Origin: Octopus bimaculoides
Taxonomy: Eukaryota
NCBI RefSeq assembly: GCF_001194135.2
Contig: NC_068983.1
Location: 113,805,010-113,851,654 of the forward strand
Length of the DNA: 46,645 nucleotides
Reading direction: 5' to 3'
Part shown: in pieces, positions 1-10,924 of the stretch
Numbering within the stretch: position 1 is the stretch's first letter
Layout: every line of letters starts with the position of its first letter
The notes under the pieces: generated by a model
What the model was told of the DNA's origin: nothing
The model's input: only the letters and a program-made list of their open reading frames with translations
The model's database searches: none
Position numbers and translations under genes: made by a program

Positions 1-38
1 TCTCCCTCAAAAATTTCAGGCCTTGTGCTTATAACAGA

Positions 39-39
<1 letters not shown>

Positions 40-74
<35 letters not shown>

Positions 75-75
75 C

Positions 76-128
<53 letters not shown>

Positions 129-312
129 CAGCAACACCAACACCAACAGCAGCAGCAGCAGCAACAGCAGCAGCACCAGCAGTAGAAGCGTAGAAGCAGC
201 TGCAACATTGTTATTACCATCATCATTGTCATTTAGAAGAGGAAGAAGAAGAAGAAGAAGAAGAAGAAGAAGAAGAAGAAGAAGAAGAAGAAGAAGAAGA
301 AGAAGAAGAAGA
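40..312. repeat. Compound trinucleotide microsatellite (TAG)n-(CAG)n-(AAG)n
   Basis: Direct repeats are visible. They explain the poly-Ser/Arg/Tyr ORFs at 25-372 and 29-232. Confidence 0.95.
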
Positions 313-374
313 GTCGCAGAAGCGTTGTTATCACCATCATCGTCGTCATTTAGAAAAAACTATGCAAGATGAGA

Positions 375-1515
375 GTGAGTCAAATAGAGAAAGATTAATT
401 ACTGAAGGAATTGATTTCATTCTACAAAATAACTTTTTTCAACTTCAGTGTCAGTATTTACAAAGAAATATTTGGGACTGTGATAGGAATGAAACTTGCT
501 ACAGTAGAAATATTTGGAAATTTGACACTAAAGTACGCCATCCGCTCCCACAAATATCTATGAGGAATATGAAAGCGTTATTTAGATGACTGCCTCAATG
601 TAGACCAACAGTCTTAAACTTAATGGTTTTAAACCGTTAGTTAATAACATGAACGACTAGATAGAGTTCCCAATGGAATACAGTCAAAATCAATTGCCCA
701 TCTACAAACATTTAAACCCATAGATTCTAAATTATATTTATTATTTATTTATTGCCACCCAAAACATACTAAAACATATATCCTATTTAATCTATCACGA
801 AGTGTATATTCAATCGCTTTGAATTTTGAAACTGAAAATAAATTAATAAATAAACTCCAAGGATCAAAAAGATACTGTTTGAAAAACAGCATTCAATAAA
901 ATTAATTGATAATGGAATAGAATATGCCAAAGCAATAGACATTCAAGAATTACAAGGGACAAAACAAGTTAAATACATCAAACAGTCTACCTTAGATCAC
1001 AACACATAACTGATAAAATACAAAAAACATTTAACATTACACATAAAATTATTCCATTATTGAAAACCCGAGAATGTAAAAAGACACAAAGCACACAAAA
1101 TAATTTACTAATAATCAAAAAATATGGTCGCCCTAACCGCGGAACCTAGTAGACACGTTTTATAAATTTAAATCACAGCACATTTTCTCTTATAAAAAAA
1201 ATCACAGCACATTTTCTCTTGTAGAAAAAAAATCACTTCACCTCTTCGTCAAGAAAAAATAGTCTATTGTTTTAAATGTAATGGTTGTAACGACGATTAT
1301 ATAGGAAAAAACAAAACTTATCAGGAGAAACAGGTTCAATATCCATAGACAACACATACGAGATCCTAATACCAGACAGATTCTGCTAAGTAAACATTTA
1401 GACGTAAGAGCAACAAACAAATCACCAAAATTCCTAATCTTTCCTCTTTACGTTTGTTTTGATAAAACGACAGCTCAAATACGGACAAATAATGAAAATA
1501 TGTTTATTAACTAGT
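375..1515 (+). mobile_element. Penelope-like retroelement fossil (RT plus GIY-YIG endonuclease), frameshifted
   Basis: Fragmentary translation gives ITEGIDFILQNNFFQ (about 405-450), a KRYLDDC-like RT motif (about 573-595), and VYCFKCNGCNDDYIGKTK...RFNIHRQHIRDP...SKHLD (about 1260-1400), the GIY-YIG pattern. Many stops and frameshifts. Confidence 0.8.
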
Positions 1516-2161
1516 TTACGGCGGGGAATCATTCGGTTACCTGCGCGTGGTAACGGTAATCGCGACTTAAAGCATGTACATTGCGTGCGTAAATTTACGT
1601 CAACCATTTTAACATGGTTAAAATTTACAAAGCACAAGTGAATAAGATATAGTAATATACCAAAGAGGTATTACACTATTGTAGTTGATATTCTCAGATG
1701 CAAACACAAACAACCATATACACAAATAAATATGCTACTACTCTATTTTAGCTATTCTGAACGCCTATGGTTCATAATATCATATGACATTTACTGAATT
1801 AATACAGCCTTGATTTTTGAGGCAATTATTATGCATACTGTCGCATGATCTAATATGCGGGCGAAAAATCAATTTTATCCATGCTGTCACATGACACATT
1901 CACTAGTCTGATACAGCCTTAACTTTTGGCGAAACTATCATTTCTATAGCCACATGACCATCTGATCTCGTAACCAGTTTTAACCAACCGAACTACATGG
2001 CAGTCGAAAGCAATTTAAGTCAAAATCTTTCCATTTTACCAGAAAGGGGATCAACTTTGTAAAATCCACTCTGAGTCGAGACAAGTACGACATGGTCACA
2101 CTACTTTTGCAAAAATTATGAAATCATTTTAAAAACTCCAAAGGCATTTTCATTCGTTTTC

Positions 2162-2164
<3 letters not shown>

Positions 2165-2205
<41 letters not shown>

Positions 2206-2220
2206 TACATACATGCATAC
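2165..2220. repeat. (CA)n-(CATA)n microsatellite abutting the 5' junction of retroelement copy A
   Basis: Seen directly; it ends in catacatgcatac. Confidence 0.95.
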
Positions 2221-2228
2221 AAGGCAAT

Positions 2229-3530
2229 CGGGACTCTCCTCTTACAACAAAACAATATCTCACAATGTATTTGCAGTACCAGTGCTGATCCCAACATTTG
2301 GGATACTCGATTGGTATGCAGAGGAAATCCACTCCATAGGTATCAAAACCCGTAAAATTCTGACAACAACTGGGAACTTTCACAGAAACAGTGATGTTGA
2401 TAGGCTCTACCTAAGAAGAAATGAAAGTGGTAGAGGCCTGAAATCAGTGCAGATGGCCTTCGAATGCTATATGGTATCACTCAGGCAGCACCTGCTAAGC
2501 AACAGCAGCAAAACTAAATATATTAATGCACTCCTGAAAAGTGAAGTGAGCAACATTGTACGAATTGGCAGTGAACTCCTCAAGAAACACTCTCTTCTTG
2601 ATGATCTCCTATGCAGCCATGAAAAAAGCTGGGCTCTCTTACCTTAGAGAAGACCTGGATGGAAAGCATTCAGCATACAAAAAAGACCATGCATGAATAT
2701 GCTGTCCGGAAGCTTGAAGAAGACAGTAGAATTGACACGAAGCACAGCCTCTCTTGGACACAATACCATTACATCACATCACACTTTGAAGGCTATGCGT
2801 TTGCAATCCAGGAACAGGGGATTGTCACAAAGTATCTGGTGAACAAGAGAGACAGTGACGCTCTTGTAATCCCAAGGTGCAACCACATATGTAGGCTATG
2901 TCTATGGAAGACATTATGCATGTAATTAGCTGCTGTCCTAAAATGTCGTCACGGTACTACCTCCCTATGCGGCATGATGTTGTTGCTAAAACAATTCACA
3001 ATGCCATCCGCGAAAAAGACTGTCCTGAAATAAACTTAGAAAATCCTTCTGTTATGGAATACATTCATAAACACCAACTCAAGAAATACTGGTGGAATAT
3101 TACCATCAAAACTTCTGTCAAATGTCAGCATAACAGGCCGGATATTGTTGTTTGGGATATAGGGGTAAAGGTATGTAGCATCATAGAGGTAGCTGCCCTG
3201 CAGATATAAATATTTCTTTAAAAATCAAAGAAAAAGAAGATATCAATGGACAACTGCTTCGAAACCTCCAGTTTCTAAATCCAGACTATGAATTCATATT
3301 CATATCAATAATAATTGGTGCACCAGGTTTTGTTAGTAAATGCTTAAAAGAGAATCTGGATAAACTGGGATTTTCAGAAAGAGAAATTGACCAACTGATT
3401 CATACATTACATTACTGTGAGTGGAACAGTAAAAATATGCAAGACTTTCCTCAAATTCCAAATGTAAATTTGTCTGTGTCAACTACATCCCAAAGATGGA
3501 GCCTTGTATCTTTGTTGGAAACCGGCATAC
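2229..3530 (+). mobile_element. R4/Dong-clade non-LTR retrotransposon, 5'-truncated copy A (RT C-terminus, CCHC knuckle, REL endonuclease, 3' UTR)
   Basis: AVPVLIPTFGILDW...RLYLRRNESGRGL (2213-2647), CRLC...HVISCCP...RHDVVAKTIH, HNRPDIVVWD...IIEV (PD-(D/E) REL motif), and terminal GTVKICKTFLKF* near 3465. Broken by frameshifts. Confidence 0.85.
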
Positions 3531-3593
3531 AAACACACGTGCGTAGATAAGCAGGGGATTCGGGCTAAAATTGTCAGTTTGCATCAAAGGAAA

Positions 3594-4058
3594 TCTCTTT
3601 TCTTGGCACTCCGTCGCTTACGACGTCGAGGGTTCCAGTCGATCCGATCAACGGAACAGCCTTCTCGTGAAATTAACATGCAAGTGGCTGAGCACTGCAC
3701 AGACACGTGTACCCTTAACGTAGTTCTCGGGGATATTCAGCGTGACACAGTGTGACAAGGCTGACCCTTTGAATTACAGGCACAACAGAAACAGGAAGTA
3801 AGAGTGAGAGAAAGTTATGGTGGAAGAGTACAGCAGGGTTCGCCACCATCCCCTGCCGGAGCCTCGTGGNNNNNNNNNNNNNNNNNNNNNNNNNNNNNNN
3901 NNNNNNNNNNNNNNNNNNNNNNNNNNNNNNNNNNNNNNNNNNNNNNNNNNNNNNNNNNNNNNNNNNNNNNNNNNNNNNNNNNNNNNGGTCTGGGAATCGA
4001 AACCGCGATCCTATGACCACGAGTCCGCTGCCCTAACCACTGGGCCATTGCGTCTCCT
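3594..4058 (-). mobile_element. tRNA-derived SINE, full length (family 1, copy 1; N-gap inside)
   Basis: The reverse complement has the same A-box/B-box head and body as the copies at 10925, 41365 and 43903. A 12-bp TSD catcaaaggaaa lies at 3582-3593 and 4059-4070. Confidence 0.9.
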
Positions 4059-4129
4059 CATCAAAGGAAAAGAAAACACAATATCCCATCCAGGAATAAA
4101 AAGTATTTTAAAAACTCAAAAAAAAAATA

Positions 4130-4597
4130 CCAACAGTTTACTCCAAGTAGACGCTTTATACTTCTACCACGGCCTCATGACAACTCCAGAACCTGGCGCA
4201 TGCGCTCTGCATTGCATCCCTGAGGAGATGTTCGAACATTTCCTTGATCTTGACCACCAGCTCAACCTTGGTGTTGCAAGCAGAGAAGTTGGTGTCATTC
4301 TCAACCGCGACTCACACATAGTAATCCATGGGATTACAATTGGGGGTGTTTGGAGACCAGAAACGGAGGCTGGTGAAGTTGTAGTAATTCTGCGACAACT
4401 ACTATTGACTCTTACTGAAGGTATGGCAAGGAGCCGAACCTTGCTGCCACACATATGACCTTCCTGCAGCAACCATCTGTAGCCAGGAATTTACCACAAT
4501 CTCCAGCAGCATCACATAGCCGTCTGAATTGAGCCTAAGGCGCTGTTCAAAGATATAGAGCAGCATGACGCCCTCCTTACTGAATACCCACCCAAAG
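4130..4597 (-). mobile_element. Tc1/mariner superfamily DD37D (maT-type) transposase C-terminal fragment
   Basis: Minus-strand translation YVWQQ[G]SAPCHTFSKSQ**LSQNYYNFTSLRFWSPNTPNCNPMDYYV. I count 37 residues between the degenerate second D and the third D. It is followed by CNTKVEL...ACARFWSCHEAVVE. Confidence 0.8.
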
Positions 4598-4599
4598 TC

Positions 4600-6510
4600 C
4601 ATCGCAGTACTCATACCAACATTTGGGCTGCTTGATTGGACGCTTGATGAAATCCGAGTCATTGATGTGAAAACCCGAAAAATACCAACAAGCACACATA
4701 ATTTCCACATAAACAGTGATGTTGACCACCTCTACCTAAAACGAAAACAAGGCGGCAGAGGCTTAACATCATTCCAAAATGCCTTTGAATGTCACATCAT
4801 ATCCCTTTTGCAACATCTAACCACCAAGTGTCGAAGTGCATCCCTTGACCAAGTTTGCATGCATGAAGCTGATAACATCATAAGACTTGGAAGCCAGCTC
4901 TTTGAGCAACACTCTTTGTCTGATAACCTAGAATACATGCCCAAAGAAGTCGCACGACTCTACTGCAACGTATCATCACATGAGAGGATGAGCCTATATA
5001 AGCAGAAGACTATGCATGGATATGTTACTAGAAAGCTCCGTGATGATAGTAACATCGATTATCAAAGCAGTTTATCATGGACCAATAGCCGGATTGCTAC
5101 ATCCCACTCTGAAGAGTATGCGTTTGCAATCCAGGAACAGGAAATATCAACCAAGTACTTGATGCACAAAAGAGATAGAGATGCAGGGAAAGCCGTAAAA
5201 TGTGACAACCGATGCAGACTTTGTGGAGTTCACACTGAAGATATCACCCACATCATAAGCAGTTGTCCGGGGACACTCTATAATGAAATCCATCGGAAGG
5301 ATAATCCCGAGGACAAAGAAATAAGAACCCACAATATGGTAAAAGTCATAATAAAATGGAATACTAGTGGAATGTACCAGTGAAGACCTCAATGAAATGT
5401 AAGGACAACAGACCTGATATAATGATTTGGAATAGAGAAGAGAAACTATTCACAGTTGTGGAAATTAGCTGACCAGCGAATGTTAATATAAAGCTGAAGA
5501 TCAGTGAAAAAGAGAACACCTATGCTGAACTATTGAAAAATCTGCAGTTACTCTATCCAGATTTGGTTCAGGTTTATACCTGTAACTATTGGAGCCCTGG
5601 GATATGCAAAACACTGCCTAAATACCAATCTTGAGAAATTAAGCTTCTCAAAACCAGAAAGGAGAAAGATAATTCGAGGACTACAGATCCAATCCATCAC
5701 TGGAACTGTAAAAATCTGTAAAACTTTCCAGAAGTTTATCATTTAAATATATATGAGCATGTCTAGATATGCAACTATATGCTTGAGAATACATACATAA
5801 AACATACAAATCTACACATACATACACACATGCATACATACATACATACATACATACATACATACATACATACATACATGCATACGTTAGAAATCCGCTG
5901 TCCTGCGGATGTCAACATCCCACTAAAGATTAGAGAAAAAGAGAACAACTACGCCGAGCTACTGAGAAATTTACAGATACTCCACCCAGACTACAAGTTC
6001 AGATTCATACCCGTGATTGTTGGGGCATTGGGATATGTAACGAACTGCCTCAACAAAAACCTGGAAAAATTAGGGTTCTCAAAACCTGAAAGAAAAAGGC
6101 TGATTAGAAGACTATAGATTCAAGCCATCAATGGAACTGTAAAGACATGTAAAACTTTCCAAAAATTTAGCACATAAATACATATGCATGCATCTAGACA
6201 TAAAAACGCATCCATAAAACAAACATACAAATCTGCGCATACACTAACACCAAATACTGCACACACACACATATGCACAAATACCTAGATGATGTTGATA
6301 AAAGTTCCAATGAAGGAGCCTTGAATCTATGTTAGAGTCCGGTTCTTTCTCTATGGACAAGAAATACAGAAATGAAACTGATTGATAACATACATACATA
6401 CCCTGTTGTTGATGTTGAAATTCTAATGAAGGAGCTTGGATTTAGGTTAGACCCCGGTTCTTTATTGGCAAGAAATCTTGAAATAATGGCATACATACAT
6501 ACTGAATAAT
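4600..6510 (+). mobile_element. R4/Dong-clade retrotransposon copy B, 5'-truncated; 3' UTR split by copy C
   Basis: ORF 4565-5383 contains LIPTFGLLDW...LYLKRKQGGRGL...CRLCGVHTEDITHIISSCP. REL region at about 5410-5560 (PDIMIW...VVEIS) and end motif GTVKICKTFQKF near 5700-5745. The 3' UTR remainder is at 6402-6510, followed by (CATA)n. Confidence 0.85.
5886..6388 (+). mobile_element. R4/Dong-clade retrotransposon copy C, heavily 5'-truncated, nested in copy B
   Basis: EIRCPADVNIPLKIREKENNYAELLRNLQILHPDYKFRFIPVIVGALGYV matches the C-termini of A and B. It has a complete 3' UTR and is flanked on both sides by CATA repeats. Confidence 0.85.
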
Positions 6511-6622
6511 GACATACATACATACATACATACATACATACATACATACATACGAAGAGCAAGTAGTAATGAGAATGGTAGCCAGTCTGAAACTAAATAT
6601 CCAGATTAAATATTAATCTATA

Positions 6623-6726
6623 AATTTTAATGATTCGTGACAAATTACAATTTGTCTCGAACTTGTCAAATTTGACAAGTTCATTGGAATGAAGCAGTTT
6701 GCAATTTGTCACGAATCATTAAAATT
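6623..6726. repeat. Nested palindrome / mini fold-back element
   Basis: Perfect 24-bp inverted arms at 6623-6646 and 6703-6726 enclose a perfect 24-bp palindrome, gaacttgtcaaatttgacaagttc (6659-6682). Confidence 0.9.
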
Positions 6727-7979
6727 AATATGTATATGATGAAGTGTTGGTGTAGAACAGTAATTAGGGTGTACTTTGTACTGTTAATTGCAAGAATGAG
6801 AGAAATCAATATGTCTGAAGAGTAAGAATTACTGTAGGAATTAGAAGGTCCAATGCATCATAATGGACAACCGCTTCATTCCAGGCTTAGAATCTCCCAA
6901 ATTGGTAAAGTAGCACTGATGACTATGAGGTAATAATCTTCCAATTACCAAAGTAAATACATGTATATTCATATATGTGTGTATACGTATGCGTGCATCT
7001 ATGCATGCATCTATGCGTGCGTGTGTATATGTTTGTGAGTATGCATGCATGCGTTCATACAGACGTATCTGTTCAAGCTGGTTGCGTCCTGAACTCAAAT
7101 CATACCATGGTCTAAGCTGGTGGTATATTTACTCTGTAACTTTGTTTAACACTTCCAAATGATCCTTGACTACCTTTATTGTGGCGTTACATTCAGTTTC
7201 TCACATTCACTCGCGATGTCCATTTTTTTTTGCTCACTCCTGCTAGTCTCAGGGCTTATGAAGAAGGTCTTGGACACTGGCGTACTCCTTAGATAAATGT
7301 TTATTTATATATACAGAAATGTATAAAAACATGTACATACATACATACATATACATATACATATACATATACGTATATATATATATATATANNNNNNNNN
7401 NNNNNNNNNNNNNNNNNNNNNNNNNNNNNNNNNNNNNNNNNNNNNNNNNNNNNNNNNNNNNNNNNNNNNNNNNNNNNNNNNNNNNNNNNNNNNNNNNNNN
7501 NNNNNNNNNNNNNNNNNNNNNNNNNNNNNNNNNNNNNNNNNNNNNNNNNNNNNNNNNNNNNNNNNNNNNNNNNNNNNNNNNNNNNNNNNNNNNNNNNNNN
7601 NNNNNNNNNNNNNNNNNNNNNNNNNNNNNNNNNNNNNNNNNNNNNNNNNNNNNNNNNNNNNNNNNNNNNNNNNNNNNNNNNNNNNNNNNNNNNNNNNNNN
7701 NNNNNNNNNNNNNNNNNNNNNNNNNNNNNNNNNNNNNNNNNNNNNNNNNNNNNNNNNNNNNNNNNNNNNNNNNNNNNNNNNNNNNNNNNNNNNNNNNNNN
7801 NNNNNNNNNNNNNNNNNNNNNNNNNNNNNNNNNNNNNNNNNNNNNNNNNNNNNNNNNNNNNNNNNNNNNNNNNNNNNNNNNNNNNNNNNNNNNNNNNNNN
7901 NNNNNNNNNNNNNNNNNNNNNNNNNNNNNNNNNNNNNNNNNNNNNNNNNNNNNNNNNNNNNNNNNNNNNNNNNNNNNNT

Positions 7980-8932
7980 AAGCACAGCATATCACCAAAG
8001 GTCTCGGTCACTAGTCATTGCCTCTGTGAGGCCCAAAGTTCGAATATCATGCTTCACCACCTCGTTCTATGTCTTCCTGTGTCTACCTCTACCACAGGTC
8101 CCTCCACAGTTAGAGATCGGCACTTCTTTACACAGCTGCCCTTGTCCATACGCATCACATGACCATATCAGCACAGTCATCTCTCTTGCATACTACATCT
8201 GATGCCTCTTATGCCCAACTCTCAAGATGCTTACACTCTGTCGTACATGCACATGACATTGCACATCTAACGAAGCATAGTAGTTTCATTTCTTTCAAGC
8301 CTACGCATGTCCTCAGCTGTCACAGCCCATATTTCACTGCCGTGTAGCATAGCTGTTCGCACAAAGGCATCATACAATCTGCCTTTCACTCTGAGGGAGA
8401 GGCCCTTTGTTGCTAGCAGAGGTAGGAGCTCTCTAAACTTTGCTCAGCCTATTCTTATTCTCACGGCTATGATCTCGGAGCATCCACCTTCCCTACTAAC
8501 TTGCTCACCTAGAAAACAGAAGCTATCAACTACCTCTAGCTTACACCACTGGCAGTTGATGAAGCCTATTTTCTGTATATTTTCGGTGTTTATTGTACCT
8601 GCGCATCTTCCACACACAAAAGTTATTTCCCTGTTAACCTTCCTCTGATATTGCTGCACCTCTTATATGTCCATAGCTTACACCGGGTAAGGAGTTTCCT
8701 ACAGATTGGGCAGGGCCATCTACCTGAAGAGATTCGTGATTTGTCTGCCTTCCTACTTAGTAAGATTTTGATTTTTGCTAGGTTAATTCTAAGGCCCTTC
8801 GGTTTTATTCATTGCTCCCATACCTGAAACTTCTTCTGTATCTCTGGTAATGATTCAACTATAAGAGCAAGGTCATCAGCATAGAAGAGCTCTCTGGGGC
8901 AGCCTGTCTTAAATTCCTCTGTTATTGTCTAG
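7980..8932 (-). mobile_element. RTE-type LINE, 5'-truncated 3' half (RT domain to C-terminus)
   Basis: Minus strand reads KTGCPRELFYADDLAL (about 8910-8865), LEVVDSFCFLGEQVSREGGC, and C-terminal RGRHRKT*NEVVKHDIRTLGLTEAMTSDRDLW, typical of RTE-like LINEs. Confidence 0.8.
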
Positions 8933-8952
8933 AGGACTATGCTGATATACAT

Positions 8953-8983
<31 letters not shown>

Positions 8984-9523
8984 NNNNNNNNNNNNNNNNN
9001 NNNNNNNNNNNNNNNNNNNNNNNNNNNNNNNNNNNNNNNNNNNNNNNNNNNNNNNNNNNNNNNNNNNNNNNNNNNNNNNNNNNNNNNNNNNNNNNNNNNN
9101 NNNNNNNNNNNNNNNNNNNNNNNNNNNNNNNNNNNNNNNNNNNNNNNNNNNNNNNNNNNNNNNNNNNNNNNNNNNNNNNNNNNNNNNNNNNNNNNNNNNN
9201 NNNNNNNNNNNNNNNNNNNNNNNNNNNNNNNNNNNNNNNNNNNNNNNNNNNNNNNNNNNNNNNNNNNNNNNNNNNNNNNNNNNNNNNNNNNNNNNNNNNN
9301 NNNNNNNNNNNNNNNNNNNNNNNNNNNNNNNNNNNNNNNNNNNNNNNNNNNNNNNNNNNNNNNNNNNNNNNNNNNNNNNNNNNNNNNNNNNNNNNNNNNN
9401 NNNNNNNNNNNNNNNNNNNNNNNNNNTATATATACATATATACATGTATAGGGAGAAGTAAGAAGAAAAATAAGCGAAAATGCACATTGGAAATAAAAAA
9501 AAGTAAAGGTTTTTTATGAAAAG

Positions 9524-9678
9524 TAACGATAGATATATACAATTAGATGAACTGAGGTAGGAATAAAAGTAATAAAAGTCATTATTGTCAATTGTGAATC
9601 TCTTTAACAATTCACAATAATGACTTTTATTACTTTTATTCCTACCTCAGTTCATCTAATTGTATATATCTATCGTTA
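9524..9678. repeat. Perfect 65-bp inverted repeat with 25-nt spacer
   Basis: 9524-9588 is the exact reverse complement of 9614-9678, checked base by base. Confidence 0.95.
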
Positions 9679-9764
9679 TCGTGTCAGTCTCTTGCTATTC
9701 TGAGTCTTTCCTGTATGTATGTATGTATGTATGTATGTGTGTGTGTGAACGTGTGCGTTAGTGT

Positions 9765-9803
<39 letters not shown>

Positions 9804-9834
9804 TATTTGTGTGCGTGTGCGTAAGGAGGCAACG

Positions 9835-10240
9835 CATGGCATCAATCATGACCACCCGTCTGATGAGAGTACATAAACCAGACATATGCATCACAACCAT
9901 ATGTGTACGACATGGTGATCTCATATTAAGATAAACAGCGCATGACCTTGAAAGTGGGGCCCAGTTAGAATTTTCTTCGGGTCGAGTAGCCTATCCCATT
10001 CAAAAGATCCATAAGTAAGGTTTGTTTAAGGATGATGAATGAAACACCCATGTTTCCATAAGTGAATTATTCAAAATCCAAAGTATTCCTCTCGACACAT
10101 GGCTATGATGCTCCTCCACTACTTCTGCTCGTGATCAGAGGCGCACATATTGTCAACCACTAAGGAACATGCTCAGCTGGTTAGGGTCAAACTGACAAGC
10201 AAATTTGTGATACTGAACAAAATATTTGCTGTATCCACCA
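9835..10240 (-). mobile_element. Interspersed repeat of uncertain class
   Basis: High-complexity block between microsatellites that resembles a repeat I recall from octopus DNA. No ORF, TIR or TSD established. Confidence 0.35.
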
Positions 10241-10611
10241 ACATATCACAGGAGATTGAGCTGACAGTTTAGAAACACGGGGGATTAGTCAAATAAAGTA
10301 ATGACTTCAGAAAGTTCTTCCAAGGTTATGCGATTACCAAAAAAAAAAATGAGAAAATCGCTAAAGAGTGAAAAAATTATTGAGAAGGTGCCAATTTTGA
10401 AAAATGTCGTTCCCCTTTCTCCCTTATTAATTATGCCACTGCTTTACCTCCATATCAATTCCTAGTTTTAAACAATCTCTACTCTTGAGAACACACACAC
10501 ACACACACAAACACACACATAGTGCACACACACAGACAGTGATTATGCGCACACACACATATACACAGTGATTACACCTTCTTTCTATCCTTTCTTTTCT
10601 ATTTTATTCGC

Positions 10612-10649
10612 TTTCTCTCTCTTTCTCTCTCTCACTATCTCTCTCTCAC

Positions 10650-10681
<32 letters not shown>

Positions 10682-10695
10682 GCTTCCTTTCTCTC

Positions 10696-10781
<86 letters not shown>

Positions 10782-10790
10782 TCTTTTTCT
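10612..10790. repeat. (CT)n microsatellite
   Basis: Seen directly; explains the poly-LS ORF at 10568-10801. Confidence 0.95.
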
Positions 10791-10924
10791 TTGGTAGCTA
10801 GTTAGTAGATTTGTTAGAACAACAAACCGAATTCTGCGCTGTATTTTTTCGACTCTATACGCTCAGAGATCAAATCTTGCTAGTTTCAACTTTACTTTTC
10901 ATCCTTTCGTAGTCAATGAATAGC

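Noticed and set aside
25-372. 115-aa Ser/Arg-rich ORF and other low-complexity ORFs (poly-HT, CV, YI, LS, V, L)
   Set aside because: These are translations of microsatellites, with no splice or coding evidence.
3504-4048. ORFs such as LALRRLRRRGFQ... (also at 11262, 41386, 41447 and 43847)
   Set aside because: They are recurring translations of the family-1 SINE, not genes.
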